Virus record (IMG/VR): IMGVR_UViG_3300045278_000064
Length of the DNA: 64,000 nucleotides
Source: a virus
Direction: 5' to 3' (one strand)
The translations under genes and the position numbers were made by a program. The notes beneath the pieces were generated by a model. The model made no database searches. It was given only the letters and a program-made list of their open reading frames with translations, and was not told the origin of the DNA. Every line of letters begins with the position of its first letter. The first letter of the stretch is position 1. Positions 55,013 to 64,000 of this stretch are shown here, piece by piece.

Positions 55013-55291
55013 GTGACGACGAAGATCTCGATACTCGCCCCTCGCGACCCATGGCTCGTCCACGGAACTGACGGCTGGGCCGAGCCGATGCCGGTTCCCT
55101 GTTCGTGCGCTGGAGCCCAATACATCGTCGGCTGGAAAACCTGCCCATGTGGTGGCGGTCCGTTCGAGGGCGGGCATCGCACCTGGGAGTGTCTCTCTTG
55201 CGGCGTCAGCCGCCATGTCGGATGCAGGCTCCTACCCGGCGGGGTTGTGGATGAAGCGTCCGACGGCATCGGTTGGCCTACTCTCGATTGA
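55013..55291 (+). CDS. Small Cys-rich Zn-ribbon protein
   Basis: PVPCSC..VGWKTCPCGGG..GGHRTWECLSCG; its stop overlaps the next ATG. Confidence 0.5.
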   Translation: MTTKISILAPRDPWLVHGTDGWAEPMPVPCSCAGAQYIVGWKTCPCGGGPFEGGHRTWECLSCGVSRHVGCRLLPGGVVDEASDGIGWPTLD

Positions 55292-55554
55292 TGACTAGTC
55301 CTGGGGGCCTGCCGCGCTTTGTGTCCCTCGAGCACATTCAAACGGAGCTCTCGATCTCCTTCGTCCAGGCCCTCGCCCTCGTCCGCTCCGGGCAGCTGCG
55401 TGCGATCAAGGTTGGCGCTCCCGGACAGTGGCGAGTGTCACTCGATGCGTTGGAGGAATACATCGGGGAGCGCTACGCCGAGACCGTGCGGTTGGTCGCG
55501 GGGGAGGTCTCCGACGACGTTGGAGGCGACGAACTCGGCGCGGCGGGACCCTGA
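55291..55554 (+). CDS. Excisionase-like HTH_17 DNA-binding protein
   Basis: LVRSGQLRAIKVG..GQWRVSLDALEEYI. Confidence 0.8.
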   Translation: MTSPGGLPRFVSLEHIQTELSISFVQALALVRSGQLRAIKVGAPGQWRVSLDALEEYIGERYAETVRLVAGEVSDDVGGDELGAAGP

Positions 55555-55728
55555 GGGCGACCATCGCCGGCCTCGCAGGGTGGCTCACCGAGCGAGCATC
55601 GAGGCGTGGGCGCTGTCAGGTACCCGTTTCGCATGAGCGGCACCCAGACGCTGGAGCCTGTCGCGCGGGGCTGCCCGGTGCGTCCCTGCAACGTTGCTTC
55701 GGTCCGTTGTCATTTTTCAACGTGCCTG

Positions 55729-55752
55729 CTCGTTGTTAACGTTAACAACGAG
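55729..55752. promoter_or_regulatory. 24-bp perfect palindrome upstream of hsdM
   Basis: CTCGTTGTTAACGTTAACAACGAG. Confidence 0.6.
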
Positions 55753-55965
55753 GGTCAGTTGCATCGGGGGATCCGGCGGGCCGCGCAGGCGCGTGGCCTG
55801 CTTCAGCTTGCTCGAGCAGTGCCGAGTGTCCAAGGCTGGCGTCGATGCCTCCCGCGCCACGGCCGGACTCATCTATGAGGATCGAGATCATCCGATATCT
55901 GCCCGGACCGGCACTTAAGATCGAGGTCAGATCCGATCCTGCATCGACGAGGAGCATCACCAACC

Positions 55966-57972
55966 GTGTCACGTCTTTCTTCCTTCGTCTGGAGCGTCGC
56001 TGACACGCTCCGTGGTCCCTATGGTGAGGCGGAATACGGCTCCGTGATCCTGCCGTTCACCGTGCTGCGACGGCTCGAGTGCGTGATGGAGCCGCACCGC
56101 GAGGTGATGGCGGACATCGTGGCGAGGTACTCCGGCGAGCAGCAGCGTCGCACGCACCTGAAGCTCAAGACCCGCACCGAGGACAGCTCCGGGCTGTCGT
56201 TCTGGACGACGAGCGACTACTCGCTGAAGAAGGCGCTGCAGGACCCTGACAACCTCTCCGAGAACCTCATCGACTACGTAGGCGGGTTCTCCGCGAACCT
56301 CGACGTATTCAAGTCCTTCGACTTCGAGAACGTCATCCGCACTCTCGACGCCCGCGACCGGCTCGCCCAGGTGGTCCGGCACTTCGAGAGCATCGACCTG
56401 TCGCCGGACGCCGTGTCGAACGCCGACATGGGCGACCTGTTCGAGAACCTCATCTACCGCTTCGCGGAGTCCGCGAACGAGGGTGCGGGCCAGTTCTACA
56501 CGCCGCGCGACGTCGTGCGGCTGTTGGTTGACCTGCTCTACGCCGAGGACACCGAGGCGCTGCGCGACCGGGGCACGGTCCGCTCGATCTACGACCCGAC
56601 CGTCGGCACCGGCGGCATGCTCACCGTCGCCGACGAGCACCTCCATGAGCTGAACCCCGACGCCTCGACGGCACTGTTCGGCCAGGAGATCAACCCGCGC
56701 ACCTACGCGATCTGCAAGGCCGACCTGCTCATCAAGGGCCAGGACCCGTCCAACGTGCGTCAGGGGGACACGCTCGTCGTCGACCGCTTCGAGGATCGTC
56801 GCTTCGACTATGTGCTCTCGAACCCGCCCTTCGGCACCGACTGGAAGGCCGTCGAGACGGACGTGAAGGGCGAGCACGCCCGTGGCGGCCAGGGGCGCTT
56901 CGCACCGGGTCTGCCGGCGGTCGGTGACGCGGCGATGCTCTTCCTGCTGCACGCAGCCTCGAAGATGCGCGACGTGGACGACACAGGCCGCGGCGGCAAG
57001 GTCGGCATCGTCCTCAACGGCTCCCCGCTGTTCAACGGCGGCGCGGGCTCCGGGCCCTCGGACATCCGCGGCCACTTGCTCGAGCGCGACCTCGTCGAGG
57101 CGATCGTGGCGCTGCCGAACGACATGTTCTACAACACCGGCATCGCGACCTACCTCTGGATCCTCTCGAACGCCAAGGACTCCGAGCACAAGGGCACGGT
57201 GCGGCTCATCGATGCCTCGAAGCTCGGCACGAAGCTGCGCAAGTCCATCGGCTCGAAGCGCCTGGAGATCAACGAGTCCGACCGCGAGCGGGTCATCAGG
57301 GCGTTCGCCGGCACCCAGGACGAGCACACCGAGCATCCGGTTCCCGTGAAGACCTTCTCGAACCGCGACTTCGCCTACTGGGCGGTGACCGTCGAGCGGC
57401 CGCTGCAGCTGCGCTTCGAGTGCATCCCAGAGACCATCAGCGCCGTCACCGATCACAAGACTCTCGGTAAGATCGCCGGGCTCACCGAGGCGCTCGAGTC
57501 GTTCGGCGAGGAGCCGTACCTGAACCGCGAGAAGTTCAACCGAGCGCTCGGTGCGCACCTCGACGATCAGGGCGTGAAGCTGACGACCGCCCAGCGCAAG
57601 TCGCTCTGGCAGGTGATCGGCGTCCACGACGAGGAGGCCGACTACTGCCGCGTGCAGACCGGCAAGTCCAAGGGTGACCTCGAGCCGGATGCCTCTCTGC
57701 GCGACACCGAGAACGTGCCGTTCGGGTGGGGTGGGCACCCCAAGACCCACGGCGCGTTCCAGGAGACCGTGCAGGCCTACTTCGACGCCGAGGTGAAGCC
57801 ACACGTCGACGACGCCTGGATCGACTGGGACAAGATGAAGACCGGGTACGAGATCCCGTTCACGAGGCATTTCTACGAGTACGTGCCGCCCCGGCCGCTC
57901 AAGGAGATCGACGCCGATCTCGAGCGCGTCGTCGGCGAGATCATGGAGTTGCTGCGGGAGGTCGAGGCGTGA
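55966..57972 (+). CDS. hsdM: Type I R-M methyltransferase subunit
   Basis: GQFYTPRDVV; YDPTVGTGGML; SNPPFG; LVEAIVALPNDMFYNTGIATY. Confidence 0.97.
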   Translation: MSRLSSFVWSVADTLRGPYGEAEYGSVILPFTVLRRLECVMEPHREVMADIVARYSGEQQRRTHLKLKTRTEDSSGLSFWTTSDYSLKKALQDPDNLSENLIDYVGGFSANLDVFKSFDFENVIRTLDARDRLAQVVRHFESIDLSPDAVSNADMGDLFENLIYRFAESANEGAGQFYTPRDVVRLLVDLLYAEDTEALRDRGTVRSIYDPTVGTGGMLTVADEHLHELNPDASTALFGQEINPRTYAICKADLLIKGQDPSNVRQGDTLVVDRFEDRRFDYVLSNPPFGTDWKAVETDVKGEHARGGQGRFAPGLPAVGDAAMLFLLHAASKMRDVDDTGRGGKVGIVLNGSPLFNGGAGSGPSDIRGHLLERDLVEAIVALPNDMFYNTGIATYLWILSNAKDSEHKGTVRLIDASKLGTKLRKSIGSKRLEINESDRERVIRAFAGTQDEHTEHPVPVKTFSNRDFAYWAVTVERPLQLRFECIPETISAVTDHKTLGKIAGLTEALESFGEEPYLNREKFNRALGAHLDDQGVKLTTAQRKSLWQVIGVHDEEADYCRVQTGKSKGDLEPDASLRDTENVPFGWGGHPKTHGAFQETVQAYFDAEVKPHVDDAWIDWDKMKTGYEIPFTRHFYEYVPPRPLKEIDADLERVVGEIMELLREVEA

Positions 57973-59240
57973 GCTTTTCGCATGCAAAGCCTTTGGGGCA
58001 TGACACTCGAATACCGTATGCACCAATTGGCTCTGGATTCACCGTAACTTTAGGAAAGATGCTCGACGGCAGTCGCACTACCCGGCCTGAAGATAAGATT
58101 CTCCCGTATTTACGAGCAGCCAATATTCAGGACGACGGGCTCGATTTGTCCGATGTCAACGTGATGCCATATGCGGCTCGCGAAGCTGCAGCTCTCGACC
58201 TTCGGCGCAACGATGTTCTGGTTGTGGAAGGAGGCGCTGTCGGCACCTGCGCTGTGCTGGATAAAGACCTGAGTGACTGGTCTTTTCAGAAGACCGTCAA
58301 CCGGCTTCGCCCCAGGCATAATTGGTCTTCGCGCTACATTGCTCATGTTTTGCGCGCCTATCGGGATTCTGGCGTGATAGATATTCTCTGTAATCGATCA
58401 ACGATTCCGCACCTTACCGCCGAGAAGCTACGTTCCCTTCGGGTGCCAGCGTGGGATGGAGTGACTCAGCGTGCCATCGCCGACTTCCTTGACCACGAGA
58501 CTGCCCAGATCGACGCGCTGGTGGCGAAGCAGGAGGAGCTGGTCGTAGCTCTTCGTGAGCGACGCAGCTCTGTTGTTGATCGCGAGCTGAATTCTGGCAG
58601 TCTTGGCCGTACTCGCCTGAAGAACTTGCTGGACAGGAATGATGGTGGTGTTTGGGGTGAGGATGCGGCGCGCGGTGAAGGGACGGTAGTACTTCGATCG
58701 ACTGAGCAAACAGTTGATGGAACGTGGCGCATCGAAGACCCCGCGCGTCGCTCGCTTACTGCGAAGGAGTTCAAGGCTGCACTCCTTGAAGTTGGTGATC
58801 TCCTGGTCACTAAGACGAGTGGAAGTTCGAAGCATATCGGCAAAACGACACTTGTCGACGAACATGTGTCGTCCATGTCAGCGTGCTTCGGCAATTTTAT
58901 GCAGCGACTGCGTGCTCTTTCTGGAACATCGCCGAAGTTTCTTTGGTATTGCTTGAATTCAGGGGCGGTCCGGGAGCAGTTCGATCTGCTGTCGACGACT
59001 TCAACGGGGCTTTCTAACCTTAATGGTTCGACTATTGGATCCGTTCTGGTTCCCGTGCATCCGGAATCTAAGCAGTTCGAGATCGTAGATCACCTAGACG
59101 AGCAGACCTCCCGGATCGACACCCTCATCGCGAAGGCCGAGGAGCACATCGCACTCGCGAAGGAGCGGCGCTCGGCGCTGATCACAGCAGCGGTGACCGG
59201 GCAGATCGACGTGCGCACCGCCGCACAGAAGGCGAGCTGA
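57969..59240 (+). CDS. hsdS: Type I R-M specificity subunit
   Basis: Two A/T-rich TRDs separated by conserved helices QRAIADFLDHETAQIDAL and HLDEQTSRIDTLI..LITAAVTG; GTGA overlap with hsdM. Confidence 0.95.
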   Translation: MSFSHAKPLGHDTRIPYAPIGSGFTVTLGKMLDGSRTTRPEDKILPYLRAANIQDDGLDLSDVNVMPYAAREAAALDLRRNDVLVVEGGAVGTCAVLDKDLSDWSFQKTVNRLRPRHNWSSRYIAHVLRAYRDSGVIDILCNRSTIPHLTAEKLRSLRVPAWDGVTQRAIADFLDHETAQIDALVAKQEELVVALRERRSSVVDRELNSGSLGRTRLKNLLDRNDGGVWGEDAARGEGTVVLRSTEQTVDGTWRIEDPARRSLTAKEFKAALLEVGDLLVTKTSGSSKHIGKTTLVDEHVSSMSACFGNFMQRLRALSGTSPKFLWYCLNSGAVREQFDLLSTTSTGLSNLNGSTIGSVLVPVHPESKQFEIVDHLDEQTSRIDTLIAKAEEHIALAKERRSALITAAVTGQIDVRTAAQKAS

Positions 59241-59245
59241 TCGAG

Positions 59246-62200
59246 ATGGCAGTGGACGGCACGCGCGAGGTCGCGTTCGAGACGGAGATCGCGGAGTACC
59301 TCGCAGATCACGGCTGGGAGTACAGCTCCTCGGACGAGGGCTACGACGCCCAGCGTGCGCTGTGGCCCGAGGACGTGCACTGGTGGCTGTCCGAGACCCA
59401 GCCAGACGAGTACGCGAAGGTCGTCCGGGTCGGCACGGGGGCTGAGAAGACCGACCGCGAGGCGCTGCTGGATGCGCTCGTCTCCTGGCTGGACACTCCC
59501 ATGCTTTCGGGCGGGGGGACGCTGAACGTCCTGCGCAGGAAGTTCTCCCACACCCGTGGCGCGACGGCGAACCTGCGAATGTGCCAGTTCAAGCCGGCGA
59601 CCACGCTGAACCGCGAGGTCACCGCAAACTACGAGAAGGTGCGCCTCCGTGTCGTGCGCCAGGTGCGCTTCTCCCCAAAGCGCGGCGACAACCGCTCCAT
59701 CGATCTCGTCTTCTTCGTCAACGGCATCCCGGTCGCGACCTGCGAGCTAAAGTCCTTCTTCAAGCAGGAAGTCCGTGCCGCGATGACGCAGTACCGGAAG
59801 GACCGTGACCCGGCGGGGCAGCCTCTCCTGGGCTTCGGAAGCCGGGCGCTCGTGCACTTCGCTGTCGACAACGGCGAGGTCCACATGACGACGAAGCTCG
59901 CGGGCGAGAAGACCTACTTCCTGCCGTTCAATCGGGGGCACGCGGACACGGGTGCATCAGGCAACCCCGCGAACCCCGACGGCTCGGCGACCTCGTACCT
60001 GTGGGAGGAAGTCCTGCAGCGGGATGCGTGGCTCGCGATTCTTGGGTCGCAGATGTACCTCAAGCAGGAATCGTCCGAGGACCCGGTGACGAGGAAGATC
60101 AAGCGCTCCACGGCGCTGATGTTCCCCCGGTACCACCAGTGGCGGGCGGTCACGAAACTCGTCGACTCGATCGCCGAGGAGGGCCCTGGCCTGCGGTACC
60201 TCATCGAGCACTCCGCCGGCTCCGGGAAGACGAACACGATTGCCTGGACCGCGCACCGCCTCGCCCGTCTCCACGATGGGAGCAACGAGAAAATCTTCGA
60301 CAAGGTCCTCATTGTCTCGGACCGGAAGGTGCTGGATGCTCAGCTGCAGCAGGCCGTCGAGCAGGTCGATGACACCAAGGGAACGGTCGCTGTCATCGAC
60401 TCCGCAGCAGTGCGAAGCTCCGGTGGCTCGAAGTCGCGGGCGCTGTTGGATGCGTTGACCGGCTCGGCGCTCATCATCGTGGTCACGCTCCAGACCTTCC
60501 CGCACGTGAAGGGGCTGCTCGAGACGACCCTCGGTGACAAAAACTTCGCCGTGATCATCGACGAGGCTCACACGTCCCAGTCGGGGAAGACCGCGGCGGA
60601 GCTGAAGAAGGTCCTCACCGACGGCGGGGAGGTCACTGACGAGGACGACCTGGACAGCCAGGACATCATCAACGACCTCGTCGAATCAGACGTCGCCCGC
60701 GAGAAGCAGATCTCAGCCGAGACAGCTGCGCGTGCCGGGGCACGTAACATCTCCCTTCTTGCGTTCACGGCGACGCCGAAGCACAAGACGAAGCAGCTCT
60801 TCGGCCGCAAGAACGACGACGGGCTACCGGTGGCCTTCGACGTCTACCCGATGCGGCAGGCGATCGAGGAGGGCTTCATCCTGGACGTCCTTCGCGGTTA
60901 CCAGAGCTACAAGACTGCCTTCGAGATCGAGCAGCACAGCGACGACGGCATCGTCACCAGCATCACCAGCGGTGATGACGATCAGCTCGTCGATCAGAAG
61001 GCCGCGACCCGGAAGATCATGCGGTTCGCCAAGTTGCACCGCTCGAACATCGGCCAGAAGGTCGAGATCATCGTCGAGCACTTCCACGCGAACGTCGCGC
61101 ACCTGCTGGACGGGCATGCGAAGGCCATGGTCGTCACCGACTCCCGGAAGGCCGCCGTGCGCTACAAGGTCGAGGTCGACAAGTACCTGCAGACGAAGAG
61201 CTACGGCTACAAGTCCATCGTCGCCTTCAGCGGCTCGCTCAGCGACGACGAGTACAACCTCGAGGACGTGACCGAGGCGTCAATGAACCCTGGGCTCGGC
61301 TCCGACCTCGCGCGCGAGTTCCGCCGGCCCGAGTACCGGCTCATGCTGGTCGCGGACAAGTTCCAGACTGGATTCGACCAGCCGCTGCTGTGCGCGATGT
61401 ACGTCGACAAGAAGCTCCCGGACGTCCACGCGGTGCAGACCCTGTCGCGACTGAACCGGACGTACCGTGCACCGTCGGGTGAGAAGAAGGAACGCACCTT
61501 CATCCTGGACTTCGTCAACGAGCCGGAGGAGATCCGGGAGGCGTTCCTGACCTACTACACCGAGGCGCACATCGAGACGGCGACGGACCCGAACCTCGTG
61601 CACAAGCTCGCTACGAAACTTGCCCAGGCGCGGATCTACACCCCTGCTGACGTCGAGCAGTACGCCGAAGCGTGGTGGGCACCGAAGGAGAACAGCGCAA
61701 GGCTCACCGCCCCTGTGGCTCGCGCCTTCGAGGAATACAAGAATCGCAGGGACGACGCCCAGCACCACGAGGACAGCGAGGCACTAGACGAGCTCCGCAG
61801 GTTCAAGAAGGACTGCGGCTCGTACGTCCGGCTGTACGACTTCATGTCCCAGGTCGTCAACTACGGCACCACCGATCTCGAGAAGCTTGCGGAGTTCCTC
61901 CGCCAGCTCGAGCGGGTCCTGCCCTCCGAGGAGGGGGACCCGCACGTCGACGTCAGCGGACTCGAGCTTCGGCGCGTGCGGCAAATCGACCGGGGGAAGG
62001 CGAAGATCGGTCTCGGCGGGGACGAGGAGACGCCTGCTCTGACTGGTGGACCTACCGAACCAGGCACGGGCGTTTCCCGGCCCGACCCGCAGCAGGCGCT
62101 GCTTTCGGAGATCGTCGCCAGGATCAACTCCCTATTCGGCGCGGAGTTCGCCGATCCGCAGATCGAGGGCTTCGTTGTCGCGGCCGCCGGGATGGCGGGG

Positions 62201-62452
62201 GAGGACCCTCGCATCGCCGACCAGATCGACCACAACGCGCTCGACCAGTTCATGACTTCGCCTCAGCTGCGAGAGACGCTCACCGACGCGGCCGTGCTCA
62301 ACGAGGGTGCGTTCGGCAAGCTCACCGGCGCTCTCACCGGAGAGAACGAGCGCGCGGACGAGTTCATCCGGCTGATCGGGGAGTACCTCTATCAGTCGAG
62401 GCGGATGAGGATGGACGCAACGTCCGACAACGTGGGCAGTACAGGACATTGA
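59246..62452 (+). CDS. hsdR: Type I R-M restriction subunit
   Basis: IDLVFFVNGIPVATCELKS nuclease motif; HSAGSGKT; IDEAH; FTATPK; KFQTGFDQP. Confidence 0.97.
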   Translation: MAVDGTREVAFETEIAEYLADHGWEYSSSDEGYDAQRALWPEDVHWWLSETQPDEYAKVVRVGTGAEKTDREALLDALVSWLDTPMLSGGGTLNVLRRKFSHTRGATANLRMCQFKPATTLNREVTANYEKVRLRVVRQVRFSPKRGDNRSIDLVFFVNGIPVATCELKSFFKQEVRAAMTQYRKDRDPAGQPLLGFGSRALVHFAVDNGEVHMTTKLAGEKTYFLPFNRGHADTGASGNPANPDGSATSYLWEEVLQRDAWLAILGSQMYLKQESSEDPVTRKIKRSTALMFPRYHQWRAVTKLVDSIAEEGPGLRYLIEHSAGSGKTNTIAWTAHRLARLHDGSNEKIFDKVLIVSDRKVLDAQLQQAVEQVDDTKGTVAVIDSAAVRSSGGSKSRALLDALTGSALIIVVTLQTFPHVKGLLETTLGDKNFAVIIDEAHTSQSGKTAAELKKVLTDGGEVTDEDDLDSQDIINDLVESDVAREKQISAETAARAGARNISLLAFTATPKHKTKQLFGRKNDDGLPVAFDVYPMRQAIEEGFILDVLRGYQSYKTAFEIEQHSDDGIVTSITSGDDDQLVDQKAATRKIMRFAKLHRSNIGQKVEIIVEHFHANVAHLLDGHAKAMVVTDSRKAAVRYKVEVDKYLQTKSYGYKSIVAFSGSLSDDEYNLEDVTEASMNPGLGSDLAREFRRPEYRLMLVADKFQTGFDQPLLCAMYVDKKLPDVHAVQTLSRLNRTYRAPSGEKKERTFILDFVNEPEEIREAFLTYYTEAHIETATDPNLVHKLATKLAQARIYTPADVEQYAEAWWAPKENSARLTAPVARAFEEYKNRRDDAQHHEDSEALDELRRFKKDCGSYVRLYDFMSQVVNYGTTDLEKLAEFLRQLERVLPSEEGDPHVDVSGLELRRVRQIDRGKAKIGLGGDEETPALTGGPTEPGTGVSRPDPQQALLSEIVARINSLFGAEFADPQIEGFVVAAAGMAGEDPRIADQIDHNALDQFMTSPQLRETLTDAAVLNEGAFGKLTGALTGENERADEFIRLIGEYLYQSRRMRMDATSDNVGSTGH

Positions 62453-62455
62453 TAA

Positions 62456-64000
62456 ATGAATATTGAGCAAATAGCTGTCGATGAAGTCTCCAGGAGCTTC
62501 ACGAGGATAGAGTGCATTGATCTAGAGGTAGCAAGTAAGGATCGGACGGCCTTCACTGATGGGCACCTGGATCTTTATAGGGCGAAGGTCAAGAAGGATG
62601 AATTTTTAGGACGCGTCCCCGTCCAGGTTAAAGGGAAGGTTTGGCGACAGAAGCATTTTGGTGACACCGCGACCTTCAACCTGTCCTTGAAGGACGCGAG
62701 AGGATATCTTGAGCTACGTGGGGTGCTCCTATTTGTAGTGAAGCTGCGCCGCAAAACGGACGAGGCGCAGGTTTATGCTCGCATGCTTACACCTATGTTC
62801 CTGAGGAAATTTGTTCTTGAAGCCGGAAGTCAAAAGACTCAGGTAGTAAAATTGCCAAAGCTACCGAGCGGCGAGGAAGAAGTTATAGCTCTCGCCAACT
62901 TCTCGGTCAAGGCTAGCGGCGAAGCTGAGCCGATAGCATTCGACCCCGTTCTATTTAAGCGCGGGGCTACGCTTACGATTTATTCACCTCGCATGATAGA
63001 TTTCAGTCGTCCCGTAGAGTTGGGGTATGGCGATCTGGACGCGATTGACCATAGTCTAATTGTCCGTACCAATGACGGCATGACGGCCACACTTGACGGC
63101 GTTTTTCAAATATATCCTTCGGATTACATTGAGCACGCACTAGAGTTTCCAGTGTCAGCAGGGGAAGTCGTCTTCGCGGAGCCTAGGGGGCGCAAGCTTA
63201 ACGATAATACACTTCACATTTCCTTAAGTGACGTACTGTCGCTGACACTTACTCGCTCCGGGGATCAACTCAGCGGCAAGGTAAATCTTACGGAGGGCGG
63301 TAGTTTCTCGGGATATTTGGATGGCGTGAACTTCTTTCTAGAAGCATACGATGAAAAGACGTTCCGCATAGGCGAGATGGATGCCCCCTTCGAGATAGGC
63401 CAGGTCGAGGATCTGGAAAGATTACGCGCAAGACGTCGCCAATTGACCAGGTTCCGCGAAGTCTTTGAAGTCCTAGAGGTTTGCGAATCGCAGATTCTTA
63501 TGGAGCAACTGGACGAGCGTTCACGCGGCAATCTTGAAACCATCTATCGCGGGCTTATTGGAAAGGAGCGAATTCCGGCGGCAGAGGAGAAGTCCGGAAG
63601 AGTCGAGCTGTCCATGTGTGGCCGGACGGTAGAATTGATGTGCTACTACGATGAGCGGGAGAACGAATGGGAGTTGATTGACCTGTTCGCACTCCAGTCT
63701 CAGCTTCAAGTGGGCACGACGGTCACCGCCGAGGACGGCACCGAGTCGCATTATTTGATTACGCCATACGACTTTCTTAACGAAGCAAGTTTTGAGGAAA
63801 TCCTCAATCTTCATGTCTATAATATTCTTCCAGCCTACCGGGCCCTTCCAGAAAGCCCCATACTTGAAGGCAACGCCACGGGAACTGTACTGAAGTTAAT
63901 CGCGAGCGCAGATAACTCCCTTTCTCGAGCTCCAGTATTACTTGGTGTTGCCACCGAATTGAACGCATGGCTTCGAGAGAGAGATCCAGAGAATGTAATC
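62456..64000 (+). CDS. DUF4365-like PD-(D/E)XK nuclease-domain protein, 3'-truncated (absent from the ORF track)
   Basis: 515 open codons from ATG 62456 to the window end; FTDGHLDLY...VPVQVKG motif; A/T-richer than flanks. Confidence 0.7.
   Translation, partial: MNIEQIAVDEVSRSFTRIECIDLEVASKDRTAFTDGHLDLYRAKVKKDEFLGRVPVQVKGKVWRQKHFGDTATFNLSLKDARGYLELRGVLLFVVKLRRKTDEAQVYARMLTPMFLRKFVLEAGSQKTQVVKLPKLPSGEEEVIALANFSVKASGEAEPIAFDPVLFKRGATLTIYSPRMIDFSRPVELGYGDLDAIDHSLIVRTNDGMTATLDGVFQIYPSDYIEHALEFPVSAGEVVFAEPRGRKLNDNTLHISLSDVLSLTLTRSGDQLSGKVNLTEGGSFSGYLDGVNFFLEAYDEKTFRIGEMDAPFEIGQVEDLERLRARRRQLTRFREVFEVLEVCESQILMEQLDERSRGNLETIYRGLIGKERIPAAEEKSGRVELSMCGRTVELMCYYDERENEWELIDLFALQSQLQVGTTVTAEDGTESHYLITPYDFLNEASFEEILNLHVYNILPAYRALPESPILEGNATGTVLKLIASADNSLSRAPVLLGVATELNAWLRERDPENVI

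Noticed and set aside
55694-55918. 74-aa ORF containing DASRATAGLIYE, faintly like the N-terminal A..G..YQ motif of some defence nucleases
   Set aside because: Too short, no SD, no further catalytic residues; at most an unprovable remnant

Overview
High-GC actinobacterial chromosome (gene order and composition resemble Micrococcales/Brachybacterium; this is inference). Three blocks are present. (1) Positions 1 to ~50130 hold most of a temperate siphovirus prophage: a rightward accessory cluster (GNAT, HTH, HNH), a leftward late operon (lysis cassette, two tail fibres, Tal/Dit/TMP, tail chaperone with a -1 slippery site, head genes, terminase, packaging HNH), a leftward early/replication operon (initiator with iteron-like repeats, WhiB, DEDDh exonuclease, clamp-like protein, ParB, antirepressor, Cro), and a rightward lysogeny operon (CI, HipA-like kinase, DUF3037 protein, ImmA/IrrE, lipoprotein, large serine integrase). 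The integrase ends just upstream of a host ssb paralogue that appears to lack its start, suggesting integration inside ssb. The other attachment site lies left of the window. (2) Host genes: ssb, PPA1309-family, UPF0182, initiator tRNA-Met. (3) From the tRNA 3' end onward, an island with a Zn-ribbon/excisionase pair, a 24-bp perfect palindrome, type I R-M genes hsdM-hsdS-hsdR and an A/T-richer DUF4365-like nuclease ORF that runs off the window. The strongest candidate for an undescribed system is the kinase-DUF3037 pair translationally coupled to the prophage repressor. All family assignments come from motif recognition, not database searches.
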